From Macrostomum lignano (Eukaryota), in the NCBI GenBank assembly GCA_002269645.1, contig NIVC01001647.1, positions 1 through 64,000 on the forward strand: DNA of 64,000 nucleotides. The letters are read 5' to 3'. This document shows, in pieces, positions 48,385 through 60,476 of this stretch. The translations under genes were made by a program, and so were the position numbers. The first letter of the stretch is position 1. Every line of letters starts with the position of its first letter. The notes beneath the pieces were generated by a model. It had not been told where the DNA came from and ran no database searches. It saw nothing but the letters and a program-made list of their open reading frames with translations.

Positions 48385-49345
48385 GTCAGGGTAGGATAGA
48401 GTAGGTCAGAGTAGGTCAGAGTGGGGTAGAGTAGGTCAGAGTAGGCATGAGTACGTCAGAGTGTAGGCATGAGTACGTCAGAGTAGGTCAAAATAGGCCA
48501 GAGTAGGCCAGAGTAGGCCAGAGTAGGCCAGAGTAGGTCAGAGTAGGCCAGAGTAGGCCAGAGTAGGCCAGAGTAGGCCAGAGTAGGCCAGAGTAGGCCA
48601 GAGTAGGTCAGAGTAGGCCAGAGTAGGCCAGAGTAGGCCAGAGTAGGTCAGAGTAGGTCAGATTACGTCAGAGTAGGTATGAGTACGTCAGAGTGTAGGC
48701 ATGAGTACGTCAGAGTAGGTCAAAATAGGCCAGAGTAGGCCAGAGTAGGCCAGAGTAGGTCAGAGTAGGCCAGAGTAGGCCAGAGTAGGCCAGAGTAGGC
48801 CAGAGTAGGCCAGAGTAGGCCAGAGTAGGTCAGAGTAGGCCAGAGTAGGCCAGAGTAGGCCAGAGTAGGTCAGAGTAGGTCAGATTACGTCAGAGTAGGT
48901 ATGAGTAGATCAAAGTAGAGCAGAGTAGGTCAGAGTGGGTCAGAGTGGGTCAGAATAGGTCAGAGTAGGGTAGAGTAGGTCATAAAGAGTCAGAGTAGGT
49001 CAGAAAGGGTCAGAGTAGGTCAGAGTGGGTATGTGTAGATCAAAGTAGGGCAGAGTAGGTCAGGGTGGGTCAGAGTGGGTCAGAATAGGTCAGAGTAGGG
49101 TAGAGTAGGTCATAAAGGGTCAGAGTAGGTCAGAAAGGGTCAGAGTAGGTCAGAGTGGGTATGAGTAGATCAAAGTAGGGCAGAGTAGGTCAGGGTGGGT
49201 CAGAGTGGGTCAGAATAGGTCAGAGTAGGGTAGAGTAGGGCAGAGTAGGTCATAAAGGGTCAGAGTAGGTCAGAAAGGGTCAGAGTAGGTCAGAGTAGGT
49301 CAGTGCAGGTCAGAGTGGGTCAGAGTAGGTCAGAGTGTGTCAGAG
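48385..49345. repeat. 10-bp minisatellite (CAGAGTAGGT / CAGAGTAGGC)
   Basis: Direct periodicity. Confidence 0.95.
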
Positions 49346-49871
49346 TGGATCAACGCAAATCTGAGTAGATTGTGTGCACCTGTAGGAGCACAAGCAAGCT
49401 GCTCCTAGAAGAGATTCAGTAGAATTTTGACAGCAGAAGAAGAGTCTTTTGGTTGCGTGTTTTTGTCTCTCATCCAACCTTTTTAAAACGCGGTTGTTCT
49501 CAGCAAAGCTCCGCTCACCTGCCTGTTTGCTAAAAAGTGGCAGACTTTGTCATTTCAACATTAGAAAATTCTTGCTTCAACTTTGCTTTCTAGACAAACG
49601 TTATTCTCGCCCCAAGATTTTATATTTAAAGAGAATTCAAAAGCTTTGGGGAGAATTCGCTGCACAAGACACTACTGGCTTTTAAAGCAGCTCATTCACA
49701 CAGACTTTGAGCATGTTCAAACATATTGAGCCACTTCATTCTCCACGGTGACTCACTTTCACAACATCCAGCCAGAGTCCAATGTGATTTATAACCCAAA
49801 GTTGTTCAGCTTGGGTGGCACTGGATTACCTCTTGGCCTTATTAGCATGATTTTAAAGCGATTAGACAAAG

Positions 49872-51958
49872 AAGATTTAGCGCCAAACTATCAGAGATTT
49901 AGTGCCACACTATCAGAGATTTAGTGCCCCACTATCAGAGATTTAGCGCCAAACTATCAGAGATTTAGTGCCACACTATCAGAGATTTAGCGCCACACTA
50001 ACAGAGATTTAGCGCCACACTATCAGACATTAAGCGCCAAACTATCAGAGATTTAGCGCCACACTATCAGACATTAAGCGCCAAACTATCAGAGATTTAG
50101 TGCCACACTATCAGAGATTTAGTGCCCCACTATCAGAGATTTAGCGCCAAACTATCAGAGATTTAGTGCCCCACTATCAGAGATTTAGTGCCCCACTATC
50201 AGAGATTTAGCGCCAAACTATCAGAGATTTAGTGCCACACTATCAGAGATTTAGTGCCCCACTATCAGAGATTTAGTGCCACACTATCAGAGATTTAGTG
50301 CCCCACTATCAGAGATTTAGTGCCCCACTATCAGAGATTTAGCGCCAAACTATCAGAGATTTAGTGCCACACTATCAGAGATTTAGTGCCCCACTATCAG
50401 AGATTTAGCGCCACACTATCAGAGATTTAGTGCCCCACTATCAGAGATTTAGCGCCAAACTATCAGAGATTTAGTGCCACACTATCAGAGATTTAGTGCC
50501 CCACTATCAGAGATTTAGTGCCACACTATCAGAGATTTAGCGCCACACTAACAGAGATTTAGCGCCACACTATCAGACATTAAGCGCCAAACTATCAGAG
50601 ATTTAGCGCCACACTATCAGACATTAAGCGCCAAACTATCAGAGATTTAGCGCCACACTATAAGAGATTCAGCGCCTCACAATTAGAGATTTAGCGCCAC
50701 AAATTCAGAGATTTAGCGCCACACAATCAAAGATTTAGCGCCACACAATCAGAGATTTAGCATCACACAATCAGAGATTTAGCGCCACACTAACAGAGAT
50801 TTAGTGCCACACAATCAGAGATTTAGCGCCACACTAACAGAGATTTAGCGCCACACTAACAGAGATTTAGCGCCACACTATCAGAGATTTAGTGCCACAC
50901 TAACAGAGATTTAGCGCCACACTATCAGAGATTTAGCGCCATACTATCAGAGATTTAGCGCCACACAATCAGAGATTTAGCGCCACATAATCAGAGATCT
51001 AGCGCCACACTAACAGAGATTCAGCGCCATACTATCAGAGATTTAGCGCCACACTATCAGAGATTTAGCGCCACATTATCAGAGATTTAGCGCCACACAA
51101 TTAGAGATTTAGCGCCACACTATCAGAGATTTAGCGCCATACTATCAGAGATTTAGCGCCATACTATCAGAGATTCAGCGCCACACAATCAGAGATTTAG
51201 CGCCACACTATCAGAGATTTAGCGCCACACAATCAGAGATTTAGCGCCACACTATCAGAAATTTAGCGCCACACTATAGGAGATTTAGCGCCACTCAATC
51301 AGAAATTTAGCGCCACACTGTCTTTGATTCAGCGCCACACTATCAAAGATTTAGCGCCACACTATCAGAAATTTAGCGCCACACTAACAGAGATTTAGCG
51401 CCATACTATCAGAGATTTAGCGCCACACAATCAGAGATTTAGCGCCACACAATCAGAGATTTAGCGCCACACTAACAGAGATTCAGCGCCATACTATCAG
51501 AGATTTAGCGCCACACTATCAGAGATTTAGCGCCACATTATCAGAGATTTAGCGCCACACAATTAGAGATTTAGCGCCACACTATCAGAGATTTAGCGCC
51601 ATACTATCAGAGATTTAGCGCCATACTATCAGAGATTCAGCGCCACACAATCAGAGATTTAGCGCCACACTATCAGAGATTTAGCGCCACACAATCAGAG
51701 ATTTAGCGCCACACTATCAGAGATTTAGCGCCACACTATCAGAGATTTAGCGCCACAGAATCAGAGATTTAGCGCCACAGAATCAGAGATTTAGCGCCAC
51801 AGAATCAGAGATTCAGCGCCATACTAACAGAGATTTAGCGCCACACTATCAGAGATTTAGCGCCACACTATCAGAGATTTAGCGCCACACAATCAGAGAT
51901 TTAGCGCTACAGAATCAGAGATTCAGCGCCATACTATCAGAGATTTAGCGCCACACAA
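49872..51958. repeat. 22-bp minisatellite (AGATTTAGCGCCACACTATCAG), about 95 copies
   Basis: Direct periodicity. Confidence 0.95.
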
Positions 51959-52549
51959 TAAAAAATACACACCCCTCTGAGCTAGATATTTCTATCATTC
52001 AGTTTGTTCATTCAGCTGAAGCGCAACCTGAGAATTGATAAAAACTCTTTTAATGGCCCAGTGATATCGGGGAGGATAATTCCTTATGAGGATTTGTGAT
52101 TAGACAGCATACTCCGCCTTCTGGCTTCTTATTGAAGAGATATTGACAGTTAAATCTGTTTAATTATACAACATAATATGTGGTTAATCCTTAGTGTTAT
52201 AAAGTATAGTTGAACACTACAGATTAAGGATTAAAGTTTTAGACGCGGGCATTGAATTTTTAAATATGGCAGAACGAGAAGAAGCATTGAATGCATTTCT
52301 TCTGCCTAGCAATTTCAATTTTATAGATAAGAAAGAGTCTGTATTGATTGGAGCGGCTTCATCTGGATTAGGAAACTGGATAGCTTTTCGAACTCGCATT
52401 GCCGTTTGAAGATCTTGAGCTTGAAGAAATTTTCCAGCTGACTGATAGCGTCTGGCTTCTTCTTAACTCAGCTCAGTGACTTGTCATTAGAAGTCCGCCA
52501 TTTTGTCATGTGCCAGATGGGTTTATCTTATTTTAGAGATTTTATAAAG

Positions 52550-53705
52550 GATAAAGACACGTGTCTATTGGGTCCACTTCCACAAAGACACATGTCTATT
52601 GGTTACACTTCCGCAAAGACACATGTCTATTGGATCCACTTCCGCAAAGACACATGTCTATTGGTTACACTTCCACAAAGACACATGTCTATTGGGTCCA
52701 CTTCCACAAAGACACATGTCTATTGGTTACATTTCCGCAAAGACACATGTCTATTGGTTACACTTCCGCAAAGATACATGTCTATTGGTTACACTTCCAC
52801 AGAGACACATGTCTATTGGTTACACTTCCGCAAAGACACATGTCTATTGGGTTCACTTCCGCAAAGACACATGTCTATTGGTTACACTTCCACAGAGACA
52901 CATGTCTATTGGTTACACTTCCGCAAAGACACATGTCTATTGGGTTCACTTCCGCAAAGACCATTTCTATTGGGTTCACTCCGCAAAGACACATGTCTAT
53001 TGGTTACACTTCCGCAAAGACACATGTCTATTGGTTCCACTTCCGCAAAGACACATGTCTATTGGATCCACTTCTGCAAAGACACATGTCTATTGGTTAC
53101 ACTTCCACAGAGACACATGTCTATTGGATCCACTTCCGCAAAGACACATGTCTATTGGTTACACTTCCGCAAAGACACATGTCTATTGGATCCACTTCCG
53201 CAAAGACACATGTCTATTGGATCCACTTCCGCAAAGACACATGTCTATTGGTTACACTTCCACAAAGACACATGTCTATTGGGTCCACTTCCACAAAGAC
53301 ACATGTCTATTGGTTACATTTCCGCAAAGACACATGTCTATTGGTTACACTTCTACAGAGACACATGTCTATTGGTTACACTTCCGCAAAGACACATGTC
53401 TATTGGTTAAACTTCCGCAAAGACACATGTCTATTGGGTTCACTTCCGCAAAGACCATTTCTATTGGGTTCACTCCGCAAAGACACATGTCTATTGGTTA
53501 AACTTCCGCAAAGACACATGTCTATTGGTTAAACTTCCGCAAAGACACATGTCTATTGGTTAAACTTCCGCAAAGACACATGTCTATTGGTTACACTTCC
53601 GCAAAGACACATGTCTATTGGTTACACTTCCGCAAAGACACATGTCTATTGGTTACACTTCCGCAAAGACACATGTCTATTGGTTACACTTCCGCAAAGA
53701 CACGT
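52550..53705. repeat. 31-bp minisatellite (CTTCCGCAAAGACACATGTCTATTGGTTACA), about 37 copies
   Basis: Direct periodicity. Confidence 0.95.
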
Positions 53706-54610
53706 GGCATTAGTACGCGAACACAATTCTCTCCCAGACATATCGCACGAAACACAAATGTCTTAGAAGCATTTCTATGGGAACTTGCGTTCATTAGTCA
53801 CATTTCCGCAAAGACGCGCGTCCTTCAAAAGCATTTCTGCCAGGCAATCAAGTTCAGTCCCATGGAGTCACGTGTCCCCAGAGGACTGACCAAAACTGAG
53901 AGGACTTTAAACTAAAGCCAGTGAGCGATTTTTCTAATAACTCTCCAGAGATGAGCGGTCACAATTGGTCTCGAGCAGTCGATAACCCAGAGGGGACATC
54001 TCGAATTCCTCTGCCAGAGAAATCAATGTCTCTGTCAACAGTCAAGTCCATCGACATTGGAATTTCGTGCCCTCGATGCTTGCTCCCGAACTCGATGTTC
54101 AGCTGCTAACATGGCTCCTTCTAGAAGCAATTAGCTGTCCAACTTTCTCAAAGCCCAAAAAATTCCGAGCATTCCGTCCGTCTGGGGGGGGGGGAACAAG
54201 GAGAGCAGAAAAGCCGTCCAAACTTCATTCAATCTCTTTCGCTCTTTGTTCTCAAATCTTCAATCACGGGCGGCGCTGAGAGGCTGGGAGGAGCTGATTA
54301 ATTCTTTGCGAATCCTTCATCCCAGCCAGCAGATGCAGCTCGGCCAGGCAAGGGAGCAAGCAGAAAAGGAAAATGGAGTGGGCGGAGATCCCAGCAGTGT
54401 GTTGACCTTCGGGACCCGCCAAGCCGGCCCTCCTAATTGTATTACAGAAGTCTGCGATGCGGATTCCAGGAAACTGACGATGATGAGGAGCGAAAATGGG
54501 AGGCTGGCGTTGGGGACAACACGGGAGGTAATGGCGGGCTCTGATTCCCGCTGGACAAAAATATAATGTCCATGAACTGTGGGGTCAGATGGCGGCTCAT
54601 CCTATTCACT

Positions 54611-54755
54611 TGGGATTGCTAATCTAGCCAATGTGGATTTAGGATTAGGAGTGGATTGCTAATCTAGCCAATGTGGATTTAGGATTAGGAGTGGATTGCT
54701 AATCTAGCCGGTGTGGATTTAGGATTAGGAGTGGATTGCTAATCTAGCCAATATA
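54611..54755. repeat. 40-bp tandem repeat (GTGGATTGCTAATCTAGCCAATGTGGATTTAGGATTAGGA), about 3.5 copies
   Basis: Period 40 (54611, 54651, 54691, 54731). Confidence 0.9.
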
Positions 54756-55207
54756 GTTAAGGATTAGAGTCGCAATTTAAAAATCGCTCTCCAAAATTTC
54801 TTAGAAATGGAGTCGAAATCTTGCAAAGCAAGCCGCCAGCCCAGCAAGGCAGTTTCTGAGCAGAAAAAGCTACAAATCCTCCCAGCAATCTCGAGCCAGA
54901 GTTGCTATCCGGACTATCGCAACCCGGCCGCCATTCTCTTCTCCTCTTCTCGAATCGTAATAAAAAGTCGCGAGTGGGCCTGACAACAGTGCGGGGGCCC
55001 TGGGCGAGTTTGTTTGCCATCCAGATGAAGGAATCTGAGCGCTGCAATTTCGTCTTCCTGCTTCTAAGAAGATGAGCAGCAGCAGCAGAGGAACGGGAGA
55101 TTCGGGGGGCACTAGAGGGGAAGAGGGGGGAAATGAGGAAAATAAGGGCAGTGCCAGATTGCCGGCAGCCGGCACTCCCACCTCCGCGGCGCTTTTGTTG
55201 ACAAGAA

Positions 55208-55211
55208 ACTC

Positions 55212-55242
<31 letters not shown>

Positions 55243-55266
55243 CCTTCTCTCTCTCTCTCTCTCTCT
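55208..55266. repeat. (CT)n microsatellite
   Basis: Direct reading. Confidence 0.9.
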
Positions 55267-56151
55267 GGCAGCTGCGGGCTGATTGCTGCTGGCGGGCGGG
55301 CGAGTTCGAGTGGACGGTGCAGAGGAAGGCCGCCTTTAGGACTCGGACCGGGGTCCAGGAGAGATGAAGAATGGGAAGGATGTGAGATGCTGGCGGAAGC
55401 TGGCCCGGGGGGGGGGTTGAGTTCCAACTCTTATAGCAGATAGGAGGGTGAAAAAGAAATCTGTGTTTGCTTCGTCAAACAGGCTTTCTATCCTTCCCTA
55501 TCCTCCTTGCTTGTCCGTCGAGTTTCTCCCAGATTTGCCACTCCTGCTCCCAAGTCATCCAAAGACTTTCCTAACCGCCAGTTCACCGCCGAGGGAGGGA
55601 GGCGCTGGAAGTGAGAACGAAAGCGAAGCGTGAGCGAGAGAGTGAATATTGTAATATTGGTAGCCAAACTGGAGTACAGTAAGTAGTTCGCAGGTTTCAA
55701 AGAGTAAGTTTTTCAAGAGTTCGCTCTGGGAGAGGCAGAGAGGGGTAGGGAGGGAGGGGGTGGCAGCGACTGGTATGTCACGCTTGCCGTGTTTCTGTAA
55801 TTAAGTGCCGGCGCACTTTTACAATCCTGCTGCTGAGCCGGTTGCTAATGCTGCTATGCTCATAGGGATTATGAGTAATGGAAACTTCAGACTTGTAGGA
55901 TAATAAATTTCTGCACCAATCTAGCCTACATGTACATGAATGAAGCCACTTAGAAAGAACTCAATCAATCGGCACTATATCAAAAGTTACATTCCAAAAC
56001 CGTGACCCGCCGATGACCTTAAATGACCTCGGGCTTCTTCTCCGACTTGGCTGCTCGACCGTGATTGTAGGCGACTCGCTAATTGCAATTAGACTCGTTT
56101 CGAAGATTGAGTACCAGAAATTTTGCATTCGATATGAGTCTATAATCTCAG

Positions 56152-56364
56152 TGTTGTGTTCTAGTTGATTGATTAAATTCAATTCAGTTGGAGACACTTG
56201 AGTCTCGCTCAATATATTTATACTCATGTGCACGTTGAAAACAGTGTTACGCAATCGAAACAACGATACCATGATTGAACGCACGATGCATATAAGGTAA
56301 TTGAACAATTCTAGCCTCAAAGTTAGTTAGTTACAACACCTAGGCCCGATGCACAGTCACTACA
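56152..56364 (-). repeat. 3' LTR (213 bp)
   Basis: Preceded on the - strand by the PPT. Confidence 0.95.
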
Positions 56365-59300
56365 TTCTCCCCCCTTCCGGAAGAGGATAACGCGCCGGTT
56401 GCCGTCGAGCTCGAGTTGACCTTCGAAGCTCAGGTGGAGGTGGCGGCTCGCCCGTCCGTGGGGGCGGAGCCGGCGGCAGCGGCAAATCGAACCAGTCGTC
56501 CTCTTGGTCGGCCGCGCCGTTGTCAGCCGGTGGGCTGTTGCACTTAACCAGCCGACTCGCTTGCCACTTTGTACCGTCGGACAGCACGAAGGTGTTGCGC
56601 CCTGCTTTGGAGGCGATCTTTAGCGGTTCCTTCAGTCGGGTCGCCAGCTTGTGCGCTCGGTGCGGCGTCTGTCGCCAGACCCAGTCTCCGGCCTGGAGCA
56701 TAGAGTCACGAGCTCGCCTTCGCTTGTTGGTGTAGTCGGCATTCTTGGCTTGCCTCTGTGCGATACTGTCTCGCAGGTCGCTGTCGTCCCGCTGTTGCAC
56801 TGGAGTTGGCCTGAGCAGCTGCAGTCCGGACCGCAGCTTGCGCCCGATCATCAGCTCGGCTGGAGTCAGCCCGGTGAGAGCGTGCTGGCTGGTCCTGTAG
56901 GTCTTGAGCACCAGGTCGATGGCGTCCTCGAACTTCGCTCCCGCCCTCAGGTTCGCTGCCAGGCCCTCCTTCAGACTCCGGTTGAATCGCTCGACTCCGC
57001 CGTTGCCTTGCGGGTAGTACCGGCTCACTCGGCTGTGCTTGATGCCCTCGGCTCGCAGGAACTCTTCGAACTCGTCGCTGACGAACTGGGGTCCGTTGTC
57101 GCTGATCAGCATCTTCGGGACTCCCCACCGGCCGAATAGCTTCCGAAGCGTCTTGATGATGTTGGCAGAGGTGACGGTTTCCATGGCTGCAATCTCCGGC
57201 CACTTGCTGTACAGGTCGTGGATCACCAGTAGAAACCGCTGGTGTCGAGGAGCCGCGGCGACCTCGCCGAAGATGTCGATCTCGACCTTGTCCCACGGTC
57301 CATCTGGCCACTCGATTGGTGTCACGATCGTCTGTTGAGGCTTGCCGGACTTCTCCGCCAGAGTGCAGGCCGTGCAGTTCTTGACGTAGTCCTCCACCTG
57401 CCGGTCAATTCCAGGAAACCAGACCGTGTCGCGGCACCGCTGCTTTGACCGAACGACGCCCGGATGCCCTTCGTGGGCCTCCTCGATGACTTGAAGTCGC
57501 AGGCTCGTCGGGATGATCGCGCGTTCACCACGACCGAGGCACTGACCGTTGTTCCAGCAGAACAGCTCGTCCCGGACGTTGAAGTACGGCTTTAGAGAGC
57601 TGTCCACCTTCGATGGCCAGCCGCCCGAGATGTACTGCAAAACCGCCTGCAGCACTTCGTCCTCCTTGGTCGCCGTTGCCAGTGCGTCTGCCGTCAGCGT
57701 TGTCTTCGAGTCGACGACTGCGTAGACGTAGCCCTCCTCGTCGGTCTCCTCGGCTGGAACGCGCTCCGTCGTGGCCCATCTGGACAGCATGTCCGCGCAC
57801 TTGTTGTCAGCGCCAGGGATGTGCTCAAACCGGACGTCGTAGCCGCGAAGTCTCTCGACCCATCGATGAATGCGAAGAGGCCTGTGCCCCATGCCTTTCG
57901 AGTCGAGCAGAGTTGTCAGGGCCTTGTGGTCGGTGCGCAGCGTTACTCGTCTGCCGTATAGATAGTAGTGCCAGCGTTCGATGCTCCATACACAGGCCAG
58001 GGCTTCTCGCTCTCCGGCTGAGTATCGCTTTTCCGCTGGGCTGAGTGCTCTCGATGCGAACGCGATTGGCACCTCTTTTTCGTTTTGTACTTGGCTGAGC
58101 ACTGCCCCCAGTCCGTCTAGACTTGCATCGCAGGTGACGTACGTCTCAGCTTGGCAGTCAAAATGAGCTAACACTGGGCTGCTGGTTACGGCTGACTTGA
58201 GTGTACGGAAGGCTGTACGTTCCCGCTCACCCCAGTGCCAGTCCGCGTCCTTTTTGAGCAGTTGTCTCAGAGGCTCGGCAATTGCTGAGTAATGCGGTAT
58301 GAACTTGCGCAAAAAGTTCACTGCTCCGAGAAACGATTGAATTTGCGCGACCGTTGATGGCTCAGGAATTCTTAGAATTGCGTCGACGTTGCACTTGGTC
58401 GGTTTGATGCCGTCTGCAGAGATGACCAATCCGAAGAAATCCACGCTCGCCTGCCGGAATTTGCACTTCTCTCGATTGAGTGTGAAGCCTTCGCGATGAA
58501 TCCGCCCTAGGACTTCTCGGAGGTTCTTGTCGTGCTCAGTCTCGTCCTTGCCGTGCACCAGGATGTCGTCCACGATGTTGATGGCGCCAGGAGCTCCTCG
58601 AAGCACCGTCTGCAGGGCTCGCTGGAAGGCAGCTCCGGAGCTAGATAGCCCGAATGGCACCACGGTGAACTGGTACAGGCCGGCATCGGTGATGAAGCAC
58701 GTCAGTCCTCGAGAGTCTGGATGCAGCGGAATCTGCTGGTAGCCTTGACGCAGGTCCAGCTTGCTGAAGCACTTCGAGCCGTTGATGCTGGCCGATAGGT
58801 CCTCGATTGACGGTACCGGATAGCGGTCCGCGATCACCGCCTTGTTGACCTGCCGCAGATCCACGCAGAGACGAACCTTGTTGGACTCCTTCTTGCGCGT
58901 CACGACAACGTTGCTAACCCACTCGGACGCGTCGACCTTCTCAATGATGCCCTGTTGCTCCATCCGGCTGATCTCTGACGTCACTTCGTCCTTCAGGCCG
59001 ATCGGCAGCTTCCGCATTGGCTGAGACACTGGCTTGACCGAGGCGTCGATCTTTGTCCGGTGAATGAAGCTCTTGGACCGGCCCAGACCGTCGAAGATTC
59101 CGGGGAAGTCGCGCTCGATCGTAGTCTCGCTGATGCTCATCACTCTGTTGTCACCTTGGAAGATTTTGAATCCGAGGGCCTGAAACAGGTCGCGGCCCAG
59201 GATGTTCGCTCCTTTGTCGGCGACGTAGAATGTGGCTTCTGTCCTGATGCCGTTGAACGTCACTGGAAGCTCGACCTTGCCGATGGTCTTGATCGCAGAT

Positions 59301-60262
59301 CCGCCGTATGCCTCCAGTTTTGTGCTCGTCGGAAGCAGCGGGTGCCTAGCGAAGGACTTCTTGAACGTCTCCATGTTGAGCAACGAAACGGCAGCACCGC
59401 AGTCGATTTGCAGTCGAATCAGCTGTCCGCCCAGACGGCATTCGCAGAATAAGCTGTCTGTGCTCTTGTTGTTCACGGCCAGGACCGTCAGACTGGACTC
59501 TGCAGGCTCTTTGGTGTCGATCGCAGAGACCGCTTTCATGCGGCACATTTTCGCGAAATGGTTCGTCTTGCCGCATCGTCTGCATTTCTGGCCCATCGCC
59601 TTGCATTCGCCCTTGTGTCCGTGGTTGCCTCCGCATCGAGTGCACTTTGGACCTGCTGCTGCGGTCTTCTCATGGCGAGCAGCTGGCTTCGGCTTCTTGC
59701 TCAGCGCCTTCACGTGGAGCTCTGGGCCGCTGACCTGCTTGGCATCTTTGATGGCTGCTTCGATTCGCTCAGCCTTCTTGATGGCGTCATCTAGCGTCAG
59801 ATCGTCCTCCTCCATCAGGAGTCTTTCCCTAATGCGAGGTACGCAGGTTTTCTCCACAAGTTGGTCTCGAATCATTTCGTCGTGAAAGGTGTCAAATTTG
59901 CAGTTTGTTGCCAGTTCTCTCAGGGCCATCACGTAGTCTCCGATGCTCTCGCCGTCGTGCTGGGCTCGCTGCCGAAAGGCGAAGCGCTCTGCTATGACGC
60001 TTCTCGACGAGCTGAAAATCGCCTTCAGTGCCTTTTTGGTCTCCTGAAGCGACTTGCTTGCATCGACGTTTGCAGCTCGGCGGCGTCCTTCCTCACCAAG
60101 CAGATGCAGGAGGATCGCCTTCTTCCGACTCTCTGATGCCTCTTCGAGAGCTCCAGCTACCAGGAAGTTCTCAAATGACTTGATCCACCTTGCCCATGGC
60201 ACAGGAGGTTCGCCTGGTACTGGTTGAAACTCCGCTGGGTACGGGAGTCCGCTCGTCGCCAT
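56360..60262 (-). CDS. Gag-Pol polyprotein (gag with two Cys/His knuckles, PR, RT, RNase H, integrase), 1300 aa
   Basis: Uninterrupted ORF. Motifs: CTRCGGNH...C..CRRCGKTNHFAKMC; QIDCGAAVS (PR); VRLCVDLR, SKLDLRQGYQQI, PFGL, IVDD (RT); TCDAS, GEREALA, TDHKAL (RH); HEGHPG...CTAC, DNGPQF, GNGGVERFN (IN). Order PR-RT-RH-IN indicates Ty3/Gypsy. Confidence 0.97.
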   Translation of the reverse strand: MATSGLPYPAEFQPVPGEPPVPWARWIKSFENFLVAGALEEASESRKKAILLHLLGEEGRRRAANVDASKSLQETKKALKAIFSSSRSVIAERFAFRQRAQHDGESIGDYVMALRELATNCKFDTFHDEMIRDQLVEKTCVPRIRERLLMEEDDLTLDDAIKKAERIEAAIKDAKQVSGPELHVKALSKKPKPAARHEKTAAAGPKCTRCGGNHGHKGECKAMGQKCRRCGKTNHFAKMCRMKAVSAIDTKEPAESSLTVLAVNNKSTDSLFCECRLGGQLIRLQIDCGAAVSLLNMETFKKSFARHPLLPTSTKLEAYGGSAIKTIGKVELPVTFNGIRTEATFYVADKGANILGRDLFQALGFKIFQGDNRVMSISETTIERDFPGIFDGLGRSKSFIHRTKIDASVKPVSQPMRKLPIGLKDEVTSEISRMEQQGIIEKVDASEWVSNVVVTRKKESNKVRLCVDLRQVNKAVIADRYPVPSIEDLSASINGSKCFSKLDLRQGYQQIPLHPDSRGLTCFITDAGLYQFTVVPFGLSSSGAAFQRALQTVLRGAPGAINIVDDILVHGKDETEHDKNLREVLGRIHREGFTLNREKCKFRQASVDFFGLVISADGIKPTKCNVDAILRIPEPSTVAQIQSFLGAVNFLRKFIPHYSAIAEPLRQLLKKDADWHWGERERTAFRTLKSAVTSSPVLAHFDCQAETYVTCDASLDGLGAVLSQVQNEKEVPIAFASRALSPAEKRYSAGEREALACVWSIERWHYYLYGRRVTLRTDHKALTTLLDSKGMGHRPLRIHRWVERLRGYDVRFEHIPGADNKCADMLSRWATTERVPAEETDEEGYVYAVVDSKTTLTADALATATKEDEVLQAVLQYISGGWPSKVDSSLKPYFNVRDELFCWNNGQCLGRGERAIIPTSLRLQVIEEAHEGHPGVVRSKQRCRDTVWFPGIDRQVEDYVKNCTACTLAEKSGKPQQTIVTPIEWPDGPWDKVEIDIFGEVAAAPRHQRFLLVIHDLYSKWPEIAAMETVTSANIIKTLRKLFGRWGVPKMLISDNGPQFVSDEFEEFLRAEGIKHSRVSRYYPQGNGGVERFNRSLKEGLAANLRAGAKFEDAIDLVLKTYRTSQHALTGLTPAELMIGRKLRSGLQLLRPTPVQQRDDSDLRDSIAQRQAKNADYTNKRRRARDSMLQAGDWVWRQTPHRAHKLATRLKEPLKIASKAGRNTFVLSDGTKWQASRLVKCNSPPADNGAADQEDDWFDLPLPPAPPPRTGEPPPPPELRRSTRARRQPARYPLPEGGRM

Positions 60263-60263
60263 T

Positions 60264-60476
60264 TGTTGTGTTCTAGTTGATTGATTAAATTCAATTCAGT
60301 TGGAGACACTTGAGTCTCGCTCAATATATTTATACTCATGTGCACGTTGAAAACAGTGTTACGCAATCGAAACAACGATACCATGATTGAACGCACGATG
60401 CATATAAGGTAATTGAACAATTCTAGCCTCAAAGTTAGTTAGTTACAACACCTAGGCCCGATGCACAGTCACTACA
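60264..60476 (-). repeat. 5' LTR (213 bp)
   Basis: Matches 56152-56364; followed on the - strand by the PBS. Confidence 0.95.

Larger units (their letters stand above)
56152..60476 (-). mobile_element. Full-length Ty3/Gypsy LTR retrotransposon, Mag-like, 4325 bp
   Basis: Two 213-bp LTRs (56152-56364 and 60264-60476), TG...CA, identical by eye. 5-bp TSD CTCAG (56147-56151 and 60477-60481). PBS TGGCGACGAG after the 5' LTR; PPT AAGGGGGGAGAA adjacent to the 3' LTR. Single gag-pol ORF. Confidence 0.97.

Noticed and set aside
30160-53705. CRISPR-like appearance of regularly spaced repeats
   Set aside because: Units are contiguous with no unique spacers, there are no cas genes, and the context is eukaryotic.
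54870-55443. Opposing 185-aa and 123-aa ORFs in a GC-rich island
   Set aside because: Both run through a (CT)n/(GA)n tract and lack domain features; probably non-coding.
55961-56320. ORFs MRLELFNYLICIV... (also 60157-60432)
   Set aside because: They are read from the non-coding LTR sequence and differ after leaving it.
56520-60136. Numerous overlapping ORFs inside the retrotransposon
   Set aside because: Shadow ORFs of the GC-rich gag-pol sequence with no recognisable motifs.
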